A stretch of DNA of 64,000 nucleotides from Candidatus Krumholzibacteriales bacterium (GCA_046483305.1 JAWODM010000043.1:33880-97879), one strand, 5' to 3'; positions 1 to 9,721 are shown, counted from the first letter of the stretch. Made by a program: numbers and translations. Notes: generated from the letters alone by a model not told the origin.

Positions 1-1
1 A

Positions 2-505
2 ATACAGTTTAAATCCAATACTTCGCTCAAACATTCTTTTTAGATCGGCAGATTCCATCTCATTCAACACGAATGTACGGATAGAGGGCACTCCGCGCGT
101 ATCTTTCTTAACTAATCTTGTTGCAGCATCATTCAACCATTTTTCATCCGCCTGATTTTCTGGGATAAGACTTTCGCAATCAAACTGACCAGTAATATGA
201 AGTGGGATATCTAAAATGAAAGAATAAATATCTATAAAAGTATTGAATATCGTCTTGTACATAGATGATTCAGGCACTTCAATTGTTGGAGTAAGTGGCT
301 TATTCTTAACTGGATCATTTCTTTCGATTATTCTCAGCTTCGTAACTTCTACCGGGCCACAATATGTTGCTTTTAATTGAGACTTATCGTCTGAAAGATT
401 GAAAAGCTTAATCGAACAACTTTTATAAACAGTTTCATATGGCAAAGCAAGATCATATGTAAGTTTGTGCTTAAATATGATCGTTTTTTCAACTTGGTAC
501 TTCAT
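2..505 (-). CDS. Hypothetical protein, truncated by window edge; probable integron cassette ORF
   Basis: Manual translation from ATG at 505 (MKYQVEKTIIFKHKLTYDLALP...RSIGFKLY) stays open to the edge; AT-rich; starts 9 bp after the attC R' box; absent from the ORF track because no stop lies in the window. Confidence 0.75.
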   Translation of the reverse strand, partial: MKYQVEKTIIFKHKLTYDLALPYETVYKSCSIKLFNLSDDKSQLKATYCGPVEVTKLRIIERNDPVKNKPLTPTIEVPESSMYKTIFNTFIDIYSFILDIPLHITGQFDCESLIPENQADEKWLNDAATRLVKKDTRGVPSIRTFVLNEMESADLKRMFERSIGFKLY

Positions 506-514
506 ACTTTAAAT

Positions 515-636
515 GACTATCGGTGTTGCAATAAGCGGCGGGCGCCACGAAACATCCTCGTAACATGGCTGATGATAGCTTCGCCCACAAAAGCTCAACG
601 TCCATGCGCCCGTCCGTCTTCATTGCATTGTTAGCT
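515..636 (-). mobile_element. Integron attC recombination site (R' box degenerate)
   Basis: Minus strand: AGCTAAC-AA-TGCAATGAAGACGGACGGGCGC...GCGCCCGCCGCTTATTGCA-ACACC-GATAGTC; arms pair apart from three single extra bases; lies just after a stop codon and just before the next ATG. Confidence 0.8.
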
Positions 637-659
637 CGCTCTATCGCAATAGCATTTAC

Positions 660-3029
660 CTACTCAATAAGATCTCGTGCTCGCTCACTGTCTTTCAACG
701 TTGCCAGGAAGGGATTCGTAAACAGGCGCTCATCAAAACGAAATCCTTCATACTTTGCTCGCTCGAGCGCGTCAAATGCATCGTCGTCAAAACCAAGCGC
801 ACAGAATGCCTTCGCCTTTTCATAGTACACCTTCGACATCGGATATCCGTGTGACTGCGCACTGTCTAGTTCGGATAGTGCCTCCTCGTATTCCCCAAGA
901 ATGATTAAATTTCTGCCAAGATAGTAATGCGAGACGGAATTCGAGTCATCAAAAAGAACTGCTTGGCGAAACATCCGAACTGCTTCTTCATGATCTCGCC
1001 TGTTAAAATAGATTATTCCGAGCCCAAAGTATGCTGGCGCGAAGGTCGGGTCCTGTCGGATCGCCTTCCTGTTCTCTGAGATTGCCATATCTAGCCTACC
1101 CATTACCCGATGGGCCATGGCTAATCCTACTAACGCCTCAACATGCTCCCCGTTCAGGTCAAGTGCCCTTTGAAGCACTTTTGCAGCCTCCTCATTACGA
1201 TGGGTCAGGTTTAGAACTTGGCCCCAGTATGAAAGGAGGTTCACAGATTCAGGGAAGAGATCGAGCGCCTGCTGGATCTCCCACTCGGCTTCCTCGAGTT
1301 GTTCGCTCTTGACCAGTACATGCACAAGTGCGATCCATGCGTCGTAATTGCTTTCGTTGATCACAAGCGTCCGCCGGAGTTCAGCTTCCGCCTGCTCAAG
1401 GTTTCCAAGTTTCTGAAGTGACAAAGCAATTCCGAATCGCGAGTATTCTGACTTTGGATTGACTTCAAGCGCCTGCTCATATGCCTCTTGAGCCTCTTCC
1501 CATCGATTGAGCTTGTTGAGAACGGCGCCTCTATAACCGTGGACGTACCACTTGTCAGGATAATTTGTGAGCAATCTACCATAAATCTCGAGGGCAGACT
1601 CATACTCACCCTCGTCCAACTTGAACTGCGCGATAGCTAGAAGACGACGATCTTCTGATCGCTGATTATCAACTGCCAGTGCCCGCGAAATTGCCTCAGC
1701 GCCCTCCTCGACCAGTCCAAGTCTCTCATAAGTGCCTGCCAATCGATACCAAGCTGTAGTCCAAGCAGGCTTGAGAGATGCTGCATGGTTAAACTCTTGC
1801 ACTGCGTCCTTGAGATGGCCTTGTCGGGCATAGGCACGTCCAAGGACGTAGTGAGTGGTCGCATCCTCCGGGGAGAGATGGTCTGCGATTGTAAGTGCGG
1901 TAACGGCCTCTTCCAAGGCGTCGCGATCAAGATACCATTCGGCGATTTCTACAAGTTCATCTACCGCACCGACAGCTTCCAGCATGGAAACTAGCCTGTC
2001 GGAGTCCGGTTGATTTCCTCTGATATCAAGACGATCAAGATAGGTGTCATAGGCTCGAATGAAAAAACCGTCCTCCTTCAGAAAGCCAATACTCCTCAAT
2101 TCATCAAGCGCGATGCCAAACTCGGTCTTTTTTCCGCGATATGGCGACAATAGGAACATATCCTCCAAAACGTCAGCACGTACTTGACCTAGTCCATGTT
2201 CATTTAGGCGAGCAATCAAATCGACAAGCTGGCGTGTACTAACAGCCGACCGCTTAAGGCGCATTAGCGCCTCATTGCTTGGACTCTTTACTGAAAGGGG
2301 GGTCCCGTCCCAATATGAAAGACCGGTTTCTGCCCGCTCCGCCAATCTCTGTCCCTGAACCTTGTTCCATATAGTGAGATGAATATGCGACCATCCTCGG
2401 AACTCTTTGAGGTGGTTTGTAATCGCGGTCATCTCTGGGAGAGTACTTCTAATCGTTGCAACAACCACCAGTTTTCTTGCCTGATCCCTGATGTGACCGA
2501 TCAAGTCAATAAGTTGCCCCGTCACGTCTATTTCTGACAATCGTGTAAAACGATCCAAATCATCCAGAAGTAATACATATCGTTTCCTCGACACTCTTAT
2601 GTCCTCAAGAGCGGAGTCTAGCGCCTGTCGTCGAATCCGAAGAATTCTCCATTTCTGAAACACTTCCCGAATCCAATATATGGCAGCGTGTGACTTGCCG
2701 ATCCCTGCCCTGCCGGATATGATAATGTCTTGTCGAGACTCCAGTGCCTCCCGTATGTCGTCATCCCGAGTTATCGGAAAATAATCAGTAACGCCCCTCG
2801 CTTCGAATGAACCGACAATCTCGCTGAAATCGAATTTGCGAACCCCTTCGTCCTTGAGAAGTGCTCTTGACCTGTCCTTCTTTGACTGACGCCTATACTT
2901 CCACATCAGGCAGAGCGTCCCCAGACCAATGAATACAAGTATTACAGTCAGGACAAACACAGGCCCATCAGTATTCAATGACCTCAACCAGTCCCAGACA
3001 GTTTCGACAACTTGAAACGGATGATTCAT
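660..3029 (-). CDS. Membrane-anchored P-loop NTPase (STAND-like) with long C-terminal TPR array
   Basis: Hydrophobic segment VFVLTVILVFIGLGTLCLMW; Walker A GRAGIGKS; Walker B VLLLDDLD; about ten TPR-like repeats in the C-terminal half. Confidence 0.85.
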   Translation of the reverse strand: MNHPFQVVETVWDWLRSLNTDGPVFVLTVILVFIGLGTLCLMWKYRRQSKKDRSRALLKDEGVRKFDFSEIVGSFEARGVTDYFPITRDDDIREALESRQDIIISGRAGIGKSHAAIYWIREVFQKWRILRIRRQALDSALEDIRVSRKRYVLLLDDLDRFTRLSEIDVTGQLIDLIGHIRDQARKLVVVATIRSTLPEMTAITNHLKEFRGWSHIHLTIWNKVQGQRLAERAETGLSYWDGTPLSVKSPSNEALMRLKRSAVSTRQLVDLIARLNEHGLGQVRADVLEDMFLLSPYRGKKTEFGIALDELRSIGFLKEDGFFIRAYDTYLDRLDIRGNQPDSDRLVSMLEAVGAVDELVEIAEWYLDRDALEEAVTALTIADHLSPEDATTHYVLGRAYARQGHLKDAVQEFNHAASLKPAWTTAWYRLAGTYERLGLVEEGAEAISRALAVDNQRSEDRRLLAIAQFKLDEGEYESALEIYGRLLTNYPDKWYVHGYRGAVLNKLNRWEEAQEAYEQALEVNPKSEYSRFGIALSLQKLGNLEQAEAELRRTLVINESNYDAWIALVHVLVKSEQLEEAEWEIQQALDLFPESVNLLSYWGQVLNLTHRNEEAAKVLQRALDLNGEHVEALVGLAMAHRVMGRLDMAISENRKAIRQDPTFAPAYFGLGIIYFNRRDHEEAVRMFRQAVLFDDSNSVSHYYLGRNLIILGEYEEALSELDSAQSHGYPMSKVYYEKAKAFCALGFDDDAFDALERAKYEGFRFDERLFTNPFLATLKDSERARDLIE

Positions 3030-3084
3030 GATACTCTCACTAGTCTTGATTCGCAGGCTCAGACTTGAAGTGGAGTCGGGTTAA

Positions 3085-3140
3085 CAGAGCTGCGGATGGA
3101 AATCCGCAGCTCTGATGGTACGGCGCTGAGCGCCACCATC
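3085..3140. repeat. Two abutting hairpins
   Basis: CAGAGCTGCGGAT-GGAA-ATCCGCAGCTCTG (perfect 13-bp stem) followed by GATGGT-AC-GGCGC-TGA-GCGCC-ACCATC. Confidence 0.75.
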
Positions 3141-3598
3141 TATCATAACTTCATTTAGATATTCTCCATTCATATATCCCTTAATCCGCAAAGCGTCCGC
3201 GCCATCATATAGCATACAGCCCTGCATAACTGAATAACCACAGTATGACCCTGCTGTATAACACGAATGAATTCACTTAATTTATCCCATCAGATTCCCG
3301 TAAACAGATACTACCAAATTGATCCTGAACCTTGCAACCATTGATTTACAAGCGCCTCGCAGTATAATTCTACAACGCTTCCGCGCCCTGTATTCAGATC
3401 GAGCTGATGCTGCCTGTGGTCATCGAAAAACCTCAGCTGCCGCTTTCCGATACTTGAAAAATTGGGGCAACTCCACATTATCAATATTTTTTCCAATCCG
3501 TATCGGACTTGATTATATTAGGATAACTGTGATAACTTTCTTAAACGGGCAATTTGCCTTTTTGTCGATTATACTTTCCATGGAAGGGAATTGAGTTA

Positions 3599-6502
3599 AT
3601 GACTGTTTCAGTAATTTCAAAAGCCATAAGATTGACGGCGGTATCTCTGATACTTGCCGCAGTATGCTTCTCCACCGCCGATGGACAGATAATACCTGCC
3701 GAAGAGGAGCCGTACTGGCAGCAGCAGGCGGATTACAGAATAGAGGTGAAGCTGGACGACCGGGCCAAGACTCTTTCCGGGAGCGAAGAAATCAGGTATG
3801 CCAACAACTCTCCCGATACCCTCTACAGTTTTTACATACATCTGTACCCCAATGCCTACAGCAGCAAATCATCATCTCTGATAAGGGATTATATGCCGGG
3901 AACCCTCTATTTCCTGGTAGGGCTGGCAGAGTCAAAACGCGGGTGGATGGAGATTGAAGAGCTGAAGGCGGACGGGGCGCCGGTTGAATATGAGATCGAA
4001 GAAACCATTCTTTCCGCTGAATTTCCGTCCCCTCTCCTGCCGGGCCAGGAAACTGTTCTTGATATTAAATTCACCGAGAAGATAAGGAAGACTCTCGGCC
4101 GGGCCGGATATACCGGGGACCACTACGATATCGCGCAGTGGTACCCCAAAATAGCGGTATATGACAAAACAGGATGGCACGCCGACCAGTTCAGGATGGG
4201 AGAGTTCTACGCTGATTTCGGGAATTACGATGTTCATATCTCGCTGCCGGAAAAATACGTGGTGGCAGCCACCGGAGAGCTGGTATCGGGCGACCCGGGT
4301 TGGATTTACAACTCCCCGGCCCGGGAGGCCCCTGAAACTGAAGAAGGCGGCGAGCCGGTATACAAGAAGATTCATTTCAAGGCGGAGCGTGTTCATGATT
4401 TTGCCTGGTGCGCCGACCCGGAGTATGCAGTGCAGGATACCACCGTGGGGGATACCAGGGTGATGAGTTTCTTCAGGGCGGGAAGCACCGCCTGGCGCGA
4501 TTCCGTCCTTGCCAGGGGAGTCAGAACCATCAAATGGCTGGAAGAGTTCGTCGGCCCCTACGAATATCCCCAGATAACTATCGCGGAGGCTTTCATTCAC
4601 GGGGGGATGGAATACCCCATGCTGGCTATGAACAGCGGCCCTGACATGGACCTGATAGTACACGAGGTAGGGCATAACTACTTCTACGGAATGCTTGCGA
4701 ACAACGAGAGGGAAGAAGCCTGGATGGACGAAGGGTTTACCCAGTACCAGATGTTCAGGCGCAAGAAGGAACAGATCGGCAAGATGGGCGGGGGAGAAAG
4801 AATGGGAGGGCATTCCTTCAGCGGTTCTTCGATGTGGAAAGGGATAGCCAGACCTGTAATAAACGCGCACAGAACCGATTACGCCGAGAGAGTAGCCACC
4901 CCCCACCACGAATTCCAGAATAACGCCAGGCTGATGCTCTATATCAAGGCCCCTCTTTTCCTGAGAGCGCTCCGGTACGTGGTAGGCCACCAGACCTTCG
5001 ACCGGATAATCAGGGTATATTTCGAGAGGTGGAAATTCAGGCATGTGGACGAATCGGCTTTCCTGAATGTTTGCGAGGAAATATCGGGTATGCAGCTGGA
5101 TGAAATATTCAAGCAGTGGCTGCATACCACCAAAGACTGTGATTACAGCCTGGAGGAGTTCGAAGCTGAGGAAACAGAGGAGGGCGGCTACCGGACCACC
5201 GTCGAAATAAGGCGCAAGGGGGAGATGATGATGCCCCTGGAGCTTGCCCTTGAATACGAGGACGGGAGCTCTTCTTCGAAGCGTATTGACGGAATGCTGA
5301 GAACTATAGGGGACACCCTGATACTCGACAGAAAACCGTTGAGAGCCTCCATAAATCCGCAGAATGAGATACTGGATATCTACCATTTAGACAACTTCAG
5401 CCCCAGAAAAAGGGATTGGGCGCTGGATAATCCCTTTTCCAGAAGTTACCCCTCCGACGCCTATCAGTTCAGGCTCCTTCCGGTCGGGTTCTACAACGAT
5501 ATAGACGGAGGGCTGTTCGGGCTTCGGCTGAAAGGAGGGTATGACAACCGGTATCATAAATTCACCCTTCAGCAGATGTACGGCGCCGAGAGCGGAACCT
5601 ACAATGTGTATTCCGATTATTCTCACCCGCTCGGATACTTCGGAAGGGATGCCTTCCTCAACCTCCAGGGTTACTACCGGGAGGGAAGAAGAGGAGGCGC
5701 GATATCGATAGACAAGAAACTGAGAAGCAGTTATTCCGATCCTCTTCCCCGGGACCTTTCCTTCAGGCTGGTTTACCAGGAACTGACCGATTCGGCTTAC
5801 GTGATCCCGGGAACATACGAGGAGGGATTGAATCTGAATTGGGGCATGACTTTCGCGGTCTATCCAAAGATCGATATATACGCGTCCAGTTTCACCTTCA
5901 ACTTTGACCGGTCGTTCTGGGGCAGCGATTTCAGATTCGAAGACTATTCTTTCGATCTTAAACTCTGGCCGGCCAGGAGGTTTCCGCTTCCAATAAAACC
6001 GAGATTCAGGTTCTTCCTGGTTCACACCGCCATGGACCCGCCCGTTCAGGAGAGGAATCTCCTCAGCGGGGAGGGTTTCCTGGACAGGGAGAATTACTTC
6101 TTCCTCAGAAGCCCCGGGGCTTTCTGGGAAGACAGCTACAGCAATATCAGGGTTGCGGGGGGAGCCAGCCTCCGCGGGTATTTTGACAACCTTTCGCTGT
6201 TTAAAACCGTGTTCGCTTCCAATATGGAACTGGGACTGCCCTTCCCCGTTCCGATGAACCGCAAGGTCAGCAGAATGGTCAAACCGGACCTGTTCCTCTT
6301 CTATGACTGGGGAAAGGTTCACGACTCTCTGGAAGGGCCCCATTCCGAAGCTCTCGGCGGAATAATCAGTGATTTCGGTATCGGGATCCGTCTGTTCGGA
6401 ATCTCCGCGGAGTTTCCCGTTTACCTGAGCCACCCTTCAATTAACGGTGACGATGAAAAGTTCGAATTCAGATGGACAGTGGGGATAAACAGGGTGTTCT
6501 GA
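3599..6502 (+). CDS. Secreted M1-family aminopeptidase with C-terminal beta-barrel-like extension
   Basis: Signal peptide; GGMEYP exopeptidase motif; HEVGH...WMDEG zinc motif; aromatic beta-rich C-terminal region ending in Phe. Confidence 0.9.
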   Translation: MTVSVISKAIRLTAVSLILAAVCFSTADGQIIPAEEEPYWQQQADYRIEVKLDDRAKTLSGSEEIRYANNSPDTLYSFYIHLYPNAYSSKSSSLIRDYMPGTLYFLVGLAESKRGWMEIEELKADGAPVEYEIEETILSAEFPSPLLPGQETVLDIKFTEKIRKTLGRAGYTGDHYDIAQWYPKIAVYDKTGWHADQFRMGEFYADFGNYDVHISLPEKYVVAATGELVSGDPGWIYNSPAREAPETEEGGEPVYKKIHFKAERVHDFAWCADPEYAVQDTTVGDTRVMSFFRAGSTAWRDSVLARGVRTIKWLEEFVGPYEYPQITIAEAFIHGGMEYPMLAMNSGPDMDLIVHEVGHNYFYGMLANNEREEAWMDEGFTQYQMFRRKKEQIGKMGGGERMGGHSFSGSSMWKGIARPVINAHRTDYAERVATPHHEFQNNARLMLYIKAPLFLRALRYVVGHQTFDRIIRVYFERWKFRHVDESAFLNVCEEISGMQLDEIFKQWLHTTKDCDYSLEEFEAEETEEGGYRTTVEIRRKGEMMMPLELALEYEDGSSSSKRIDGMLRTIGDTLILDRKPLRASINPQNEILDIYHLDNFSPRKRDWALDNPFSRSYPSDAYQFRLLPVGFYNDIDGGLFGLRLKGGYDNRYHKFTLQQMYGAESGTYNVYSDYSHPLGYFGRDAFLNLQGYYREGRRGGAISIDKKLRSSYSDPLPRDLSFRLVYQELTDSAYVIPGTYEEGLNLNWGMTFAVYPKIDIYASSFTFNFDRSFWGSDFRFEDYSFDLKLWPARRFPLPIKPRFRFFLVHTAMDPPVQERNLLSGEGFLDRENYFFLRSPGAFWEDSYSNIRVAGGASLRGYFDNLSLFKTVFASNMELGLPFPVPMNRKVSRMVKPDLFLFYDWGKVHDSLEGPHSEALGGIISDFGIGIRLFGISAEFPVYLSHPSINGDDEKFEFRWTVGINRVF

Positions 6503-6554
6503 TACTGCCGGGGAGAAATCGGGAAAGGTACGGCTCTTTTATCCTTAATCAGTA

Positions 6555-6711
6555 AAATAAGGAGGGCAGGTATTAAATACCTGCCCCATGGTCCCAAGGC
6601 TAACATTTTGCGGCTTTGCTGCTAACCTCTATTCCAGAAACCTGATTCTATTCTCCATAACATCTGGGGGAATAATAATCGAATCGCGGGCTCGATTTTT
6701 CAGGTCTCACT
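6555..6711 (-). ncRNA. Candidate structured small RNA
   Basis: Lies between a sigma54-like promoter and a terminator-like hairpin; four additional stems can be paired by eye; no convincing ORF. Confidence 0.45.
6564..6586 (-). terminator. Intrinsic terminator-like hairpin
   Basis: GGGCAGGTATT-T-AATACCTGCCC palindrome followed by TCCTTATTTT on the minus strand. Confidence 0.6.
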
Positions 6712-6721
6712 ACTTATACGC

Positions 6722-6737
6722 ATCAATTATCATGCCA
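6722..6737 (-). promoter_or_regulatory. Sigma54-like -24/-12 promoter
   Basis: TGGCATGATAATTGAT: GG-N10-GA, correct spacing, GA in place of GC; AT-rich upstream DNA. Confidence 0.5.
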
Positions 6738-6936
6738 GTTCCAGCAATTTGGTTAAACCAGATGAACCGGGGGGGGGATTGTTGCTAATTAATGTTCTAT
6801 ATGCATTAACAGTAATAAGTTAAGCTATATCTGCTTCTGACGGTAATGGAGCAGCCGGGCGGCCCGCACTATCTTCCGGACATGCGTGAATAATAAAATA
6901 TTTTAACTATTTGTTAAAACCGTTAATATATTTGCC

Positions 6937-8400
6937 TCATATATCAAGTACGTGGACAGTGTTGGTTGCCCTTCTTTCCCTGGTCGGAATCCCCGCGGTC
7001 AGTACCACCGCACCTTCATAACCTCTTTCCGCGATCCTGTCCCGGGAAAGCCTGAATATCTCTTCCGCAGCTTCAAACCGGTCCACCGGTACCGGCTCGG
7101 CGCCCCAGACCAGCGACATTCTTCTTGCCGCGGGGAGAGAGTCGGTTAAAACCAGTATGGGAACTCCCGGCCGAAGCCTTGAAATCATCCTGCCGGTTCT
7201 GCCGGTATGTGAAAGGACCGCTATCGCCGCCGCATCCATATGGACTGCGATCTCCGCGGCTCCCGAACAGACCGCCCCGGTGATATCCGCGACCTCTTCC
7301 GGAGAAGAGCGCCCTGAACCGGGAAGGGTGCGGCAGGGATAGCCGGGTGTCTGCTCGGCTTCCTCGATAATTCTTCTCATCATATCCACCGACCGGACCG
7401 GGTATTCACCGGTAGCAGTTTCGGCCGAAAGCATCACCGCATCTGTCCCGTCCAGGACCGCGTTTGCCACATCGCTGGCCTCCGCCCTGGTCGGCCTCTC
7501 CACATGGGTCATCGATTCAAGCATCTGGGTGGCGGTAATCACGGGTTTGCCCGCTGCCAGGCACTTGCCGATCAGCTTCTTCTGGTAGGTAGGCACCTTC
7601 TCCGGAGGCACCTCCACTCCCAGGTCCCCCCTGGCGATCATTATCCCGTCGGCTTCGGCCAGGATGCCGTCGAACGATTCAATCGCCTCAAATTTCTCTA
7701 TTTTCGCTATCACGGAAGCTTCGTGTCCGCTTTCGCTTATTATTCTTCTGGTTTCGGCCACCTCTTGGGGAGTCCTCACAAAGGAGAGAGCCACGAAATC
7801 CACTCCCATCTCCAGCCCGAATTCAAGGTCCTCCCTGTCCTTGCCGCTGAGCGCCGGGGCGCTGATACTCACCCCCGGCAGGTTTATACCCTTTCTGGAA
7901 GAGAGAACCCCTCCGTCAAGGACTCTGCACTTGACTTCGGACCCCACCGTTGAAATAACTTTCAGATGAATGGTGCCGTCCGCCATGAAAATGCTGTCGC
8001 CCTCAATTACATCGGAGGGAAGTTGCGGGTAGGTAACCGAGATGGCGCCTCTTTTATCCACGCCGCTGGTATTCAGGGTTACCATATCGCCGTTATTGAG
8101 CATAATGCTTCCGCCCTCTATCTCACCCACCCTTATCTTGGGCCCCTGCAGGTCCTGCATTATGCCCACCTGATCGCTCAACTCCCTGATCATGCGGTAT
8201 GCCTCCCGGTGCTGTTCGTAACTTCCGTGAGAGAAGTTGAGCCGCGCCACATTCATCCCCGCGTCAATCATCCTGCTCAAGGTTTCCCTGTCGCCGGAGG
8301 CCGGTCCGATGGTACACACTATCTTTGCTCTGCTCAAAAGCGGGCTCCCTTCCCTTGCTGCCGAAACAGACCGTTCAGACGCCCCACACTGATTTCGCAT
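6937..8400 (-). CDS. pyk: Pyruvate kinase
   Basis: KIVCTIGPAS, ARLNFSHG, DLQGPKIR, IARGDLGVE, ATQMLESM, DAVMLS motifs. Confidence 0.97.
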   Translation of the reverse strand: MRNQCGASERSVSAAREGSPLLSRAKIVCTIGPASGDRETLSRMIDAGMNVARLNFSHGSYEQHREAYRMIRELSDQVGIMQDLQGPKIRVGEIEGGSIMLNNGDMVTLNTSGVDKRGAISVTYPQLPSDVIEGDSIFMADGTIHLKVISTVGSEVKCRVLDGGVLSSRKGINLPGVSISAPALSGKDREDLEFGLEMGVDFVALSFVRTPQEVAETRRIISESGHEASVIAKIEKFEAIESFDGILAEADGIMIARGDLGVEVPPEKVPTYQKKLIGKCLAAGKPVITATQMLESMTHVERPTRAEASDVANAVLDGTDAVMLSAETATGEYPVRSVDMMRRIIEEAEQTPGYPCRTLPGSGRSSPEEVADITGAVCSGAAEIAVHMDAAAIAVLSHTGRTGRMISRLRPGVPILVLTDSLPAARRMSLVWGAEPVPVDRFEAAEEIFRLSRDRIAERGYEGAVVLTAGIPTRERRATNTVHVLDI

Positions 8401-8578
8401 CCTCAATCCCCATTCTATAACGGCCCCGGTTTATTCACAATATAAATATGACCCCCGGGCGCGGTGGCCGGCTGAGAGAAATCTCCGCTGCCGGGGGCCG
8501 AGATACGGTAAAATCCGTGCATTATTAACGATCAGATAATATAATTATCAGCTGATATTAAAAAGCAGAAGGCTGATT

Positions 8579-9721
8579 ATGAGATACCGGGTTCTTCACA
8601 TTATCTACTCCCTGTTCCGGGGGGGCGCCGAGCGGCTGATAGAAACCACTGTCAGATTCTCGGACCCCTCTTTATTCCAACACAGCGTCTGCTCTCTGAC
8701 AGAGGCCGGCGATATGGCTTCTTCTATCGAGAGAGCGGGGGCAGAAGTGCATGTAATGGGCAAGAGGGGCAGATTCGACCTCCGGGTTTTCCTCAGGCTT
8801 GCGTCTCTGATCAGGAAGGGAGGGTTCGACCTTCTTCATCTTCATAACATGCCGGGGAATCTCTGGGGAACCGCCGCCAGCAGCGCCGCCCTGAGCTCAA
8901 CTCCCATCGTCCGGACGGAACACGGCTATCTCTTCCACTCCAGATACCCCCGTTTTTACGAATACCTGTATGTTGTCCTGTCCGCGAGGTCCAGGAAAAT
9001 CATCTGTGTATGCGACGCCCTGAGAGAAACACTCTCTGACAGGTTCCCCTCGCTGAAAGAAAAGCTGATAACCATCCGCAACGGCATCCCGGCAGAGGAT
9101 TTCTCAGGCCTTCCCTCAAAGGAGGAATGCCGCCGCTTTTTCGATCTTCCTTCCGGGCCCGGGTTGATAGGCACCGCGGGGCGCCTGAGCGGGGAGAAGA
9201 ATCAGGCTGAACTGATTAGAGCATTCAGAATGGTCAGCGAGGATTTGACCGGCGTTAACCTCGCAATAATGGGAGAAGGTGAAATGAAGGATGATCTCAC
9301 TTCAGCGGCCGAGGATATGGGCCTGGCCGGCAGAATCATTTTCCTTCCCCCTTCCGGCGAGATTGACAGATTCTACGGAGCGCTGGATCTTTTCGTTCTC
9401 AGCTCGACCAGCGAAGGGATGCCCCTTACCCTTCTGGAAGCGATGGCATGCGGGCTTCCGGTGGTTGCGCCCGCGGTGGGGGGGATCCCCGAAGCCGCCG
9501 AGGATTCCCTGAGCGGGTACCTCTATCCCGCCGGGAACGAAGAGCTGCTGGCGGACAGGATCTCCGGGATTATTTCCGACCCCGGGATGGGCAAAAGGAT
9601 GGGCGAGAGGGGCCGGGAAATAGTAAGGCGGGAATTCAACGCCGGGCGCTTCGCCTCCGAACAGGATGAGTTATATATGCGGATAATCCGTGAGTCAGCC
9701 CGGCCGGGCCGGCCCCTATAA
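8579..9721 (+). CDS. GT4 (GT-B) glycosyltransferase
   Basis: GGAER, GRLSGEKN, EGMPLTLLEAMACGLPVVA motifs. Confidence 0.93.
   Translation: MRYRVLHIIYSLFRGGAERLIETTVRFSDPSLFQHSVCSLTEAGDMASSIERAGAEVHVMGKRGRFDLRVFLRLASLIRKGGFDLLHLHNMPGNLWGTAASSAALSSTPIVRTEHGYLFHSRYPRFYEYLYVVLSARSRKIICVCDALRETLSDRFPSLKEKLITIRNGIPAEDFSGLPSKEECRRFFDLPSGPGLIGTAGRLSGEKNQAELIRAFRMVSEDLTGVNLAIMGEGEMKDDLTSAAEDMGLAGRIIFLPPSGEIDRFYGALDLFVLSSTSEGMPLTLLEAMACGLPVVAPAVGGIPEAAEDSLSGYLYPAGNEELLADRISGIISDPGMGKRMGERGREIVRREFNAGRFASEQDELYMRIIRESARPGRPL

Noticed and set aside
3085..3140. Hairpins as group II intron domains V/VI
   Set aside because: The first stem is perfect with no catalytic bulge, and no reverse transcriptase or other intron domains are present.
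3311..3594. Short ORFs as an integron integrase remnant
   Set aside because: No tyrosine-recombinase motifs are visible.
3932..6433. Long antisense ORFs (484 and 348 aa) opposite the aminopeptidase
   Set aside because: Codon-register shadows of a well-supported gene with no recognisable motifs; the same applies to other long antisense ORFs such as 13872-15005, 29551-30441, 48383-49426 and 61003-61926.
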